64,000 nucleotides of DNA from positions 310,001 to 374,000 of the forward strand of contig NW_025766967.1 in assembly GCF_003918875.1 (NCBI RefSeq), read 5' to 3'. The notes below the pieces were generated by a model. The model saw nothing but the letters and a program-made list of their open reading frames with translations, was not told the DNA's origin and searched no databases. This document shows, piece after piece, positions 26,701 through 37,500 of the stretch. The translations under genes and the position numbers were made by a program. Source of the stretch: Haliotis rubra (taxonomy: Eukaryota). Positions within the stretch are counted from its first letter, which is position 1, and every line of letters begins with the position of its first letter.

Positions 26701-29255
26701 TTCTATGCTATTTTTGATCAAATTGCTAATGGGATCCGGTGTTGATCTGTGGGTAACATCAGGAAGAGCTAAAACTTTGGAAGCCATTTCATCCTCGGTG
26801 TCAATATTGATGTTTTCTTTGTCCGTCATTTTTGGGCTTGTGGTTCCGCTATGTAATACATAAGAAGCAGAGATCGACCTTTTCTTCGACATACTGATAT
26901 GACGTGGTTCCTGGGATTCACCCCTTCTTACCCTGAAGATACCGTTCCGTAATATTGTTGATTCCTTGTTGTAGTCGATTTCCATATCCAGATACAGTAG
27001 TTCCTGCTGTGTCTGTTCCTTGCTGTAGCTTGGTCCAGAGGGTGGAACTGGCTGACGCAGATGTTTCATCGGCGTTGATGTATCTCCATCATATGCTGTG
27101 GCTGCATCGGTGGGTAATGTTTGAAGGTTCGCCTGTCTTCCAAAGGAAGAGTAAGATACCTGAGAAGTGTCTCGGATTCTGTCATCAATAATAAGTGTGG
27201 GTTCCGATGGCAGCCTTATGTTTTGGATCTTTGATATATCTCTAAAAGCTCTTTGTTGTACATTTGGCGAAATAGGTGTTGTGGGAATATCAGGTTGCCT
27301 TAATGTTGGGATGTTGCTATATCTATCTGATTCCCTTTGTTGCGCAGTTGACCTAGTCGGTGTTGTTGGAATTTCGGGTTGCCTTAGGAAAGGAATGTTG
27401 GTATGCTCATCAAATTTCCTTTTTTGTACAGTTGAAACAGTCGGCGTTGTTGGAATTTCGGGTTGCCTTAGGAAAGGAATGTTGGTATGCTCATCAAATC
27501 CCCTTTTTTGTACAGTTGAAACAGTCGGCGTTGTTGGAATTTCCGGTTGCCTTAGGAAAGGAATGTTGGTATGCTCATCAAATCCCCTTTTTTGTACAGT
27601 TGAAACAGTCGGCGTTGTTGGAATTTCCGGGTGCCTTAGGAAAGGAATGTTGGTATGCTCATCAAATCCCTTTTTTGTACAGTTGAAACAGTCGGTGTTG
27701 TTAGAATTTCGGGTTGCCTCAAGAATGGGATTTTGTTGTAATTATCATATGCCGTTTTCTGTACAATGTCGAATCAGTCAATTTTGTTGGAATTTCGGGT
27801 GGCCTCAGGAATGGAATTGAACGGTGTTTGGTTGTTCAACTGTTCTTTGTTTAGGTCCTGGGTTGATATATTTTGTTTGGCCGAAGAATGGAATCATATT
27901 GGATTTTTCATGTTTCCTAAGTATCGCCGGAGCTGTGATCTGTAGACCGTTATTGCCTTCAAAACCTTTTGGTTTCTGGTTATTTTTCACTGTTGGTCTC
28001 ACGTTTATATTGTGTTGTGTTATGGATGCGTTGTGATCTTCCGGATGCATGGGTCGTCTCGATATAAAGTTAGATAACTTGGCTTTAGACTTTGCACCAG
28101 ACCTTGGCTTGCGAACTAAATGTTCTGTCCTTGCCGAAGTATTGTTTAAGCTGTTGTTTGGGATTCTAGAGCCATGTTTGAGCAAACGTCCATTCGTGTC
28201 TGAGTATCCCTGCATGTTGGGCATACTTTTCTGAGTAAAGTTTGGGGTAGTATCAGCTTTCCTGAAACCAGGTTTGATTTTCGACTTGTCAAACGACGCA
28301 GGGGTCATTTGCATTTGATATGACTTGTGACTCCCCGTGTGCTTGTTGTCATGAAAGTGTCCTGGTGGGTGTTTTACTGTGTCTGTATTGGGCTTATGCG
28401 TTCGTAAAGAACTCACACTACCTTCTTTCTCATGACCCACATGTTCATACACAACACCTTTAAAGTGTTTGCCTTGACTACCAGGTATAATTGTATTTGT
28501 ATACGTTGCCAAAGTCTGACCTCTTTGTTCGTTTGCTTTTCCTGCAATCCGATGTAGATCTTTACTTGTTAATACATCTTTGTGCAAATGTATGTCCGTT
28601 CGTGGAATAGTGGGGGACAATTGTAATATATTTCTGTTTCCATTCTTGATGTGTCGGTCCTTCACAGTTGGTGGCACAGGAACTGGTTCTGGTTCTGGAG
28701 GCAATAGGAAGACCTCGCGAACAGTCCTATCATCATGTCTACTAGACATTTGGACACTAGCCGCAGATTGCAGAGGTTTAGGTCGTGTCACAACAGTTTC
28801 ATTATTCGGTCCTGGATGTGGCCTTTCTTTGTGGAAACTCTGGATATTCACAACACCTTCAGAGTGTTCTGCAGTCTTTGATAGAATCACAGATTTATCA
28901 TTATTTGGTCCTGATTGTGGCATTACTTTGTGGAAACTCTGGATATTCAAAACATCCTCAGAAGGTTCTAAAGTCTTCGATAGAATCACAGGAGTATCAT
29001 TTTTGGTCCTGGTTGTTCTACGGCAATTATATTTATCCTGCTATGTGGAATATGGGTTGGACTGTGATTAGTAAAATAGAAATCCCCATAGTAAGCTATA
29101 TTGTATCCGATAAGAAAACGTTCTGCAACTGGTTCTTCGTCATGTTCAAATTCATTGGGGAAAGTTTGCACTGTAAAATTTGTGAAAAATACAGTTAGGT
29201 ATAGAGTACAGGTGGCGGCAGTGACAACCAGGGGAAAATACTTTCTGGATTTCAT
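13137..29255 (-). CDS. Polypeptide N-acetylgalactosaminyltransferase (GT27, GALNT family), 11 coding exons, ~1400 aa, with several 1-nt indels
   Basis: Exons (-): 29255-26439 (ATG, TM, giant stem), 25053-24900, 22736-22570 ([20 protein letters not shown]...IILVDD), 21603-21439 (ARARL...FMDSHTEC, DxH), 19989-19785 (WLEPLL...GGFRW), 19537-19421 ([12 protein letters not shown]...WGG[E]NLELSFK), 18198-18012 (VWMC...[10 protein letters not shown]...[11 protein letters not shown]), 17857-17744 (YGDIS...WYMRNVYPE), 17492-17397 (CHGQGENQ), 13561-13440, 13256-13137 (QQW, TAG). All introns are GT-AG with phases consistent once the indels are allowed for. Confidence 0.93.
15440..17160. repeat. GT-rich (GATGTGTGGT)n-type satellite array in a GALNT intron, interrupted by a LINE fragment
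   Basis: Low-complexity array visible directly; it explains the His/Thr-rich pseudo-ORFs 15295-15927 and 16341-17465. Confidence 0.95.
15899..16420 (+). mobile_element. LINE fragment (RT thumb / C-terminal region)
   Basis: [18 protein letters not shown]...[15 protein letters not shown]...YGECGRFPL...KYWVKL; frameshifted. Confidence 0.88.
17622..17708. repeat. (ACT)n microsatellite
   Basis: Nearly perfect trinucleotide run. Confidence 0.97.
18650..18990 (+). mobile_element. 5S rRNA-derived SINE (SINE3-like) with Deu/Nin-like core and (ATT)n tail
   Basis: GAAGTTAAGCAGCGTCGAGCTCGGAGAGTCCTTGGATGGGTGACCG resembles the 5S internal control region; core TTGTCTCTGTTCACCCAGCAGGAAAATGGGTACC; tail GGCGCTATATAAAT...ATTATTATTA. 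The 5' boundary is uncertain. Confidence 0.7.
20445..21330 (+). mobile_element. Non-autonomous DNA transposon remnant, MULE-like
   Basis: Inverted subterminal arrays of TTTCACCC / GGGTGAAAC; possible degenerate 8-bp TSD TGATGATC/TGCTGACC; internal ORF 20663-20893 resembles a MULE transposase C-terminus (recalled, not searched). Confidence 0.6.
20906..21084 (-). mobile_element. tRNA-derived SINE family A nested in the MULE-like element
   Basis: Full-length reverse-complement copy; TSD AAGGACCGATCCA. Confidence 0.92.
21849..22015 (+). mobile_element. tRNA-derived SINE family A
   Basis: Near identical to 2062-2234; TSD TCAAAGAGTATTC. Confidence 0.92.
23233..23921. repeat. Nested inverted-repeat (foldback) element
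   Basis: A ~50-bp motif occurs forward at 23233-23287, reversed at 23367-23420 and forward at 23864-23921; ~200-bp arms 23367-23570 and 23714-23918 are imperfect reverse complements. Confidence 0.85.
25325..25490 (-). mobile_element. tRNA-derived SINE family A, older copy
   Basis: Reverse-complement copy with (GAGT)n tail and recognisable A/B boxes. Confidence 0.85.
27270..27815 (-). repeat. 84-bp coding tandem repeat (28 aa, Pro/Thr-rich) in the GALNT stem
   Basis: Unit [28 protein letters not shown]; 4 near-perfect copies plus degenerate flanking copies. Confidence 0.9.
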
Positions 29256-30045
29256 CGTGCAGAAAGAGCCTGATATGTAAAATGCAGTATTACGAACCCA
29301 ACGATTCAATACACTGTAGACATATACAATAAACAGTAGTTTAACTCTATGGTGGTTAGATGTAATGCTGCACTGTCAAGAAACCGTGAACTGCACGGTA
29401 AACGCATTCTTTCGCAAGAACGTTGTTCCTTGTATCTTGTAACATTAAAGATGAACGACGACGACAGAGAATAGCCTTATTCAATTATCCACAAAAACAT
29501 TCCATTTGGGAAAAACGTTGCACAGTTATGTCACGGGTTCATTGACATTTGGGATACCAGCAGGTGTCCGGGGAAAGGCATACATTCCGTGATACGCCAT
29601 GAACACGTAGTCCACTTGTACTCTTTCATCATTTAATGACGTTAGTACATTTTCAATTTCCGCCGCAGAGTTAACTTGCCACACATGCCTCCATGTTTCG
29701 ACACAAATGCCACGAATACATTCAGTTTGTTCTATGAAGAAACCTGTTATTGATGTGAAAAGAAAAATATAACGTTTACTCATATGTGACAAAAAAACTA
29801 CGTATGTGAAATAACACTGTGACTCTTCTTGGAGCTGTCTGATGTCTGACTGTCCGCCCAGACACGTGGTATCTCCACATTTAACGCTTGTAACAGTTTA
29901 TCAGTGACGCCAGCGTGTGTGGGAGGAAAGGTAAAGTGACAATTTTTAAATTATGTTCAACGTGTCTGTTTAAATGAAAACTCTTCTGGCCAAAAACCAA
30001 AAGGTCAAAGACAGCTTCACTATGCCTGAATATTTCACTAGGTCA

Positions 30046-30262
30046 GCAAGTGCTTAAACAAGTAGAATAATGGTAATATGTGCTTAAACAAGTAGAATAA
30101 TGGTAACATGTGCTTAAACAAATGGAATAATGGTAATATGTGCTTAAACAAGTTGAATAATGGTAGTATGTGCTTAAACAAGTAGAATAATGGTAATATG
30201 TGCTTAAACAAGTAGAATAATGGTAATATGTGCTTAAACAAGTAGAATAATGGTAATATGTA
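30046..30262. repeat. 30-bp minisatellite, ~7 copies
   Basis: Unit TGTGCTTAAACAAGTAGAATAATGGTAATA. Confidence 0.95.
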
Positions 30263-31499
30263 TTCAATGTATGTTCATCTGATTGGTAGAATGTAAAATG
30301 TACAATAACTGGCATTTCCATAAAATATGAATATGACGAAGATGAAAAACCTACCTGAGATCTCCACTGGGCAAATCTGACTATTGTCGTGAGACACCTG
30401 ACGTTTACTGGTTGTGAGTGACAGCAAACCACCACAAGGAATAAAATGGTATATCTGGTCACTGATGAAGCAGATAACATATGAAAGTGAATAGTCCCTG
30501 TGTAACATCATCGCCTCTTTACGGATGGTCTCACAGTCGTGGAATACTAAGCTTAGATCGGAGATAACTTATTTTATGTGGAATGTGCACACTTCAAACT
30601 AATGTAGTGCTGTGACTTGCACCAGTTGCCATTCCAAAGTAGAATTGTTTATCACCACAAGGATTGACGATGCCTTTCGAAGTATTCCCGTTTTATAGGA
30701 ATGGGGTACACCGGAGTAAGTGAAGGGGCAGTTAAGGGAACATAAATTCCTATCATTACGATGTTTGTCAGGTGAACTCTGGATTTCCTCTGCGTGTGTT
30801 TCTTGCCGGTGTGACAGGAGTAGCAGTATACGCTAACTGTGAACACTTGGAACCATCCCACTTTAACCGTTATCCGGAAACAGGATAATGCCGAGGTTAA
30901 ATTTTGGCAGAGCATTCTTAAAATTATAGACATTGTTATGTTCTTTGTTTTCCTTGAAGCTTGCATTAAAATGCATTGACAATTTGCAGTGTTTCTAACG
31001 GACAAAACAAACTGAAATCCATTTTCATATGCACGAGGAAACAGGAGTCTAGGCCTGCTGAGCTTTCTATCACAGCTGTTTATAAGCGCTATATAAACAG
31101 AAAGGGACAGTTCAGAATTCCCTTTTACAATATAACAATAAATAAATGTTCACTATTCATGAAATAGTCAATGAGAAATACACAAACTAAAATAACAACA
31201 AGCAATAACAACCCCATCGTATTTTCCTGTCGTTTATGACGGGGTCAGATCAGCATATGACCGTTGTTATGGTCACCTCAAGTGGAGCAGAATCAAAATT
31301 CTGATATTTAACGAATATAGTGCTGATGAAAGTGAAAACGTTCAAGTCTTGGACACAATACAACACCTATGAACAAGATGGAACAATTAAAAATAACACC
31401 TGCAAGCTACCAAAACTACCAAACTAACCAAAATACCAGCGCCTTGATCATGCACTAGTGCGTGGATATGTGCACAATATATATATCCAATTATAATAA

Positions 31500-32195
31500 T
31501 GATAAAAATGACTCGTTGCTTTTACTACCGTCTCCACCATGCCTGCAGCTTGAACTCCGACGTCCATCCATGGAACGACCCTGAACATGTCCAGGGCGTC
31601 ATGGAAAATGATGCTTTAAAACTTCTCTGGAATAGGCCTATATACAGCCTCAGAAGATTTCCAGCCAACAAACCTGATCTTGTCCTTTTTTAAAGCCAAC
31701 GAATTTATTTATATCATTGAATTCTCCATTGAATTTTCTGTCCCTTTTGACAGCAACGTGATTGGCAAGATTCAGGAAAAGCATGATAAATATGCGGACC
31801 TCGCCTTTGAAATGTCTCGCTTGCATCCCAAGTATACTGTCGCCAGGCTCCCCTTTGTTCTCGGTGCTCTTGGTTTGGTACCTCCTGATCTCTTGACGCA
31901 GATCAGGAGAGTGCCCGGGTTCTCCACCGGGAGCACAGCCCTTCTGACACTCTGGGTAATGCAGAAGGCTGCAGTGTTGGGAAGACTACATATTCTCCTG
32001 AAAGTTCTTTGTGGGTTCGACTAGGATGTATTTCCTGTGAGAAGTCCCATTCACTGTCTGGGCTGCGTGTAGAGGGGGCAAGGGTCCTGAGCTGATGATG
32101 AGCCTTACCAGTCTGACTGTGCCAGGATCACCCAAATCCTCTCTGCTGCATACCCTATCATACATCTTTAATCTGTAAATCATAATAATAAAAAA
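31500..32195 (+). mobile_element. 5'-truncated RLE-type non-LTR retrotransposon (R4/Dong-like)
   Basis: LLWNRPI...ANKPDLVL / IIEFS..VPFD...EKHDKYADL...PFVLGALG...MQKAAVLG is a restriction-like endonuclease domain; followed by a 3' UTR and a TAATAATAA tail. Confidence 0.85.
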
Positions 32196-32598
32196 CTACA
32201 CCAATAATTACCCACTTTCCGTTTTAGTAACATACACAATATCATCAGTGAAAACGCTTCAACATACCCGCATAGTATGAATGCTCATCCATATTAATCT
32301 GTACAACAACTATGACTGAAGGCATCTGAAACTGAATGTCAAATGTGCATATTACTACAAATGGTAAATGTCGATTCTTCATAATGAGGAAGGCTTGCAG
32401 TATGGGTATATCATTGCTGAAAGTGTTCGTAACCCATTTGCAAACACCTGTGCCACAGAAGTTATTTCACAGAAATGTCTGTATTCTATGTACATACAAA
32501 CCATCAGTATACATGAATATGTAATTTGTGCATACTTGGGTGGTATTGATACACGTAGCATGCAATTACCAACTTATATCAGGTAACCAGTCAATATA

Positions 32599-34120
32599 TA
32601 CTGAGTCAAAAAAGAAACTTCATTTTTTTTCTGCAGGGCACTATAAAAGAACGAGGGATGGTAAGATGGTTAAATTGTTGTTATTTCATTGCTGAGATAT
32701 GTGTGATGTACTCGATACACTGACAGTGCCATAATCAGTTCCATTAGGCTACACCGCCGTTCCAAAACATGGGTATACAGAATGTCAAGTCACAAGAATA
32801 AAAATGCGAAATGTCTCAGTTCAATATCGTGTATGGCCGCCCCGCGCATTCACCACTGCCAAACACCGTCTCCTCATCGACTGCCTGATGCTTGTGAACA
32901 CGTGGTTGGGGATTCTGCGCCATTGCTCTTGCAAGGCAGCGCCAAGTTCCTGCAAATTCTGAGGTTGGTTCCTAAGACCACGAGGCCTTCTCCCAAGTGC
33001 ATCCCAAACGTGCTCTATTGGATTAAGGTCAGGGGACCTCGATGACCAGTCCATGACGTTGATTCCAGCGTTTTGAAGGAAATTTCGTGTCAACATCGCG
33101 GTATGCGGCCAGAGCATTATCATGCTGGAACTGTAGACCTGGGCCATGAGCCGCCATGAAAGGAACGAGTTCAGGGGTGAGCACCTGGTCGCGGTAAGCA
33201 GCAGCTGTGAGGTTTCCACGGATGACCAGAAGTCGGGAACGGTTGTTCCCACAGAAAGCACCCCACACCATGCAACTTCCGCCCCCGAATCTGTCGACTT
33301 CCTGTACACAACATTGGGCATACCGTTCACGACGTTGTCTCCAGACTCTATGCCTGCCGTCCGCGAATCTGAGGGTAAACCTGGTTTCATCGCTAAAGAC
33401 GACTCGATTCCAGTCTCTCTGGGTCCATCGGAGGTGACGTTGGGCCCACAGCAGACGTTGACGTTGATGAAACGGAGTCAATATTGGCCCACGATATGAA
33501 CGTCGAGAATAGAGACTGGAAGCCCGCAACCGATTTCGAATGGTCTGTGAGGAGAGTCGACCTCTAAACATATCAGCCCTGGTTCGTGTAGCCGGCAGAA
33601 ATCTGTCACGTAGGTGACGTAGGACGATTTGACGGTCTTCTGCTCGTGACGTTACACGTGGACGACCCGACCTTGGGCGATCAGAAGTGGTGCCAGTTTG
33701 TTGTAGACGACCTCGCAAGTCATACACAGTACGACGGCTGCATCCCAATTGCTCTTGAGACGCCAATAACTTATCTTCCCGCTTGCAATATGCCACGTTG
33801 CACATTTGACAATCGTGGCATTTCAAGTTCCGTTAGAATTTTGGTTTAAAAGTGTTTTGTCAATTCTTGAAGCCAATGCAAACACGTGCATATGAAGAAA
33901 ACTTCTATGCGAAGATCACGTGATTGACTGCACGTGCAAAACCTAATTTGGCACTAACGTCATTTGCACGACGAATGAATGAGTTTGAGTCGGTTTTGCT
34001 AACGTTTTTCTAGAGTCGAAAGATAGGGATCCCATTTCGGATACATAGATGTATCATCAGAGAAAAAGTATTCATTATTTTTCAAATTGCATTTTGTGAA
34101 GTTTCTTTTTTGACTTAGTA
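32599..34120 (-). mobile_element. Tc1/mariner (DD34E-type) transposon, full length, transposase frameshifted (32821-33821)
   Basis: TIRs TACTGAGTCAAAAAAGAAACTTCA / TGAAGTTTCTTTTTTGACTTAGTA with TA TSDs; motifs GRPR, FSDE, QHDNA, SPDLNPIEHVW and GGHTRY. Confidence 0.95.
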
Positions 34121-34454
34121 TATATTGTCTCTATGAGACAGGGTTAAGCATGTGTAACAACGCCCACGAGCAGCTGTCGACGTTGGAAATCAAATCACTA
34201 TATATATGGAATAGTGTCCATTAATATACATTGTATAGCATAAAATATGTCACTATGTAGCCACTCCAACCGTATATTCGTGTATACGTATATCTATAGC
34301 AATTAGAACTGCTCCCATGTATACGCATAATATCATTTATCATGTATATATGTACTTTTCAGAGCCCCGCAGTTATCATACAATTCCCACGTCCCCTAAT
34401 CACTGATACTACGACATTTACAGGCTTACGAACGGGAAGGTTCTAACGGTAGGT

Positions 34455-34460
34455 TATAAA
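34455..34460 (+). promoter_or_regulatory. Candidate TATA box of SULT copy A (also 41375-41380 and 49985-49990 in copies B and C)
   Basis: TATAAA conserved at the equivalent position ~60-65 nt upstream of the start in all three paralogues. Confidence 0.5.
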
Positions 34461-34521
34461 GGTTTCCACAGTAGGCTACAGAACTGGTGGAGTGTTTAGC
34501 AAGCAGAATATCGAACGGAAC

Positions 34522-37500
34522 ATGGCGACTATAGAAGAACTAAATAAGCTGGCAGGATGGACGGCTCCACTGGTAAAGATAGACGGTGTTGTCGAGTTTA
34601 AGACTCTGACAGAGAAGCTCAAGACGATGAAATCCCGTCCAATCAGAGATGACGACATCTTTCTGTGCTCATATCCCAAGTCAGGTGAGATTTTCAGTAG
34701 CAGGAAGGATACTATGGATTTGATCGTGTTGTCTACCTTGGGATTGGAGGTCAACGAGTGCTGCTTGAACACTAAAATAACCCAACACGTATAACACATT
34801 CACCTGATGAAAGGGCAAGCATTAGCCCAGAAACGCCGTGTGTAAACAATAAAAAGTTGCACATCCATACCAAGTGTCTTGTATAACACAAGTGTGAGCG
34901 ACAAACTACAAAGACATGAATATTTGACAAATTTTGTTATCGTGTATTGTATGGTTAATAAATTCGCATTTACTAATGCTTCCACATCAAGATTGCCAGG
35001 GTTGCACAAACATTATTCTATGCAATAATTTCTATACATGTCCTATAGCGACCGTATACTTTTCAACAAAGACCATATGTACCTAGATAAGAAGTATTTG
35101 TCACCAATGATATATTCCAGGCACTCACTGGACTTGGGAAATCCTCAACATGATCGTGGCAGGCAAGGCCGAGTACACCAAACACTGGATAAATTCTGCT
35201 GCACTGGAACATAGGACCGGCGAAGGAATGGAGGAACTCGCATCACCCAGGATCATTCAAACCCATTTATTGCCAGGGTAGGATAAATTGTGACATAAAT
35301 GATGTGCATTTAAGAAACTCAAGGAAACTATACATGTGTAAAATAGTTAATGCGTTAGCTCACCACACCATCATTTCCATTCCCTGCATAGAAACAAAGC
35401 ACAAAAGCCATGTTTTGGAGTTATATATTTACGTGAAACCAACGCACAAACCCAATCACTCGACGACACACTTCATATTCCGAACGTGGACGTCGGCAGC
35501 CGAGCATCATGATATTCACATACTGTATTGATATGATTTGAAGCTCCCTAACGCCCGTGTGATGATACATTTCATACACGCCTCCGGTATTTACAGACAT
35601 ATGCCAGAGTTGCTATGGGAACGCAGATGCAAGGTGGTGTACGTCCAGAGGAACCCCAAAGACTGTGCAGTGTCATACTTTTGTCAGTTGAGCCAACAAG
35701 TACGTGAGGACAACCCCTCACGGCAAGTGACCTTCACTGGCTCCTGGGACGAGTTCCTCAGGTTCTTCATAGACGGTAATGGTACGAACATCTTCGTCTT
35801 CACATTCAGCACAGCAGGTTAACGGCCATCTGACTCCTACATTAACTGTGATTTTATTCTATTCAATTCAGCTTGTGAAGACTGGGGATGAGAACTGCCG
35901 TGTTTATAGTTTTACAGATTCATTTGATTCGTGTCAATAGCTGGGTTACGGTGCCGCTAAAGAGAAGGAGATTAAACCCCTTACCACTTGTAAGATAACT
36001 GAACTCTCATCATGTGTTTCCACGCATATAATGAAACTGTCTCTTCCTGAATAGACTTAAAAGTACATGCTTTTGAGTTTTCCATAGTTTAATAGTTTGA
36101 ACGGTATGATGAAGAGAAACAACTTTCCTGGATAGACAACTGCTATTGCAATAGATGCGATGTTTTTTTGCCGTAGGCGCCGTTATCAAAGAAGTGATGA
36201 AATCTTCATAATAGTTGGGTTTTATGGAAAGATATATTAACGCAAAAACCACCAGTCTGTTTAAATCTCAAAATCACATAAACACAAAATCTAAAAGAAA
36301 CATTTTTATGACCAATAACCTGAATGTTAACAACTTCACATATTGTCTGCTTAATCAACAACAGATGAACAAATGTAGATAATAATATGAAATCAATTTA
36401 ATAAATCACCTTAGTGCGTCCCAGGCTCTTCCTATTCAATTGCCAACCAATCCGTCAGGGGACGTGAAAAAAGAATGTCTTTAGTAATCAATCTAAATAC
36501 CACAAAATCGCATACAACTTTATATGTTACCTTCTGTTGTTACTGTACATGACTTTGTTCGTATGCCACTTGTTTTCTTTTTACCAGTTCCTGTTGGTTC
36601 GATATTTCACCATGCCATTGCATGGAAAAACATTTCTGCTATGCATAAAGGATTGGACATATGCTGCGTGCAGTACGAAGACATGAAACAGGTGAAATGT
36701 TATAGCAGCATGACAAACCGACTTCAAGATTCATTGTACAGATGACCCGTGAAGATCCGGGGTAGAATAGGTCTTTAGCAACCCATGTACTTGCCATAAA
36801 AAGCGACTATGCTTGTCGTAAGAGGCGACTAACGGGATCGGGTAGTCAGTTTCGCTGACTTGGTTGACATCTGTCATTGGTTCCCAATTGCGCAGATCGA
36901 TGCTCATGCTATTGTTCAGTGGATTGTCTGGTCAAGACTCGATTATCTACGGACCGCCCACATATAGCTGGAATATTGCTGAGTGCGGGGTAAACCTAAA
37001 CTCACTCACTCACATTCATTGTACAGATTTAGACTTCTAAATGCTTAGACACGTGACATGGATATGTGACTTTTCCCAACGTATTATGATGTTATTGAGA
37101 GGCATATAGAAGTTGGTATTCAAGTATAACACAAAGCGTTTCTGGGCTATTTCTTCGTCAGGTGAATGACATAAAGGTCATGTCATAGGGCAAGGAATAG
37201 CCCAGAAACGTTGTGTATACAATACAGGAGAAGTTTACATCCATAGTATTATAGCTACAGACCAACGGCTTGTGTGGTTGGATTACAGCGTGCATAATGT
37301 GATGTCGAGACTTCCTTGCATTTTTGTAGTCACAATGTATCTATGATAACTTGCGCCTGTATTGCATTGAGAACTGTATAATGTTGTGTTCATAATGTCA
37401 CGTTTGACTGCGATGTATCACTGTCACCTTGGGACCACATACTCCATGTTGAAGGAAAGGACGAGTAGGCGTCACGTTCAGCAATACATGCCGCTGCCGG

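Noticed and set aside
27167-29198. Plus-strand ORFs of 217, 163 and 137 aa
   Set aside because: They are antisense shadows of the GALNT stem exon and its repeats.
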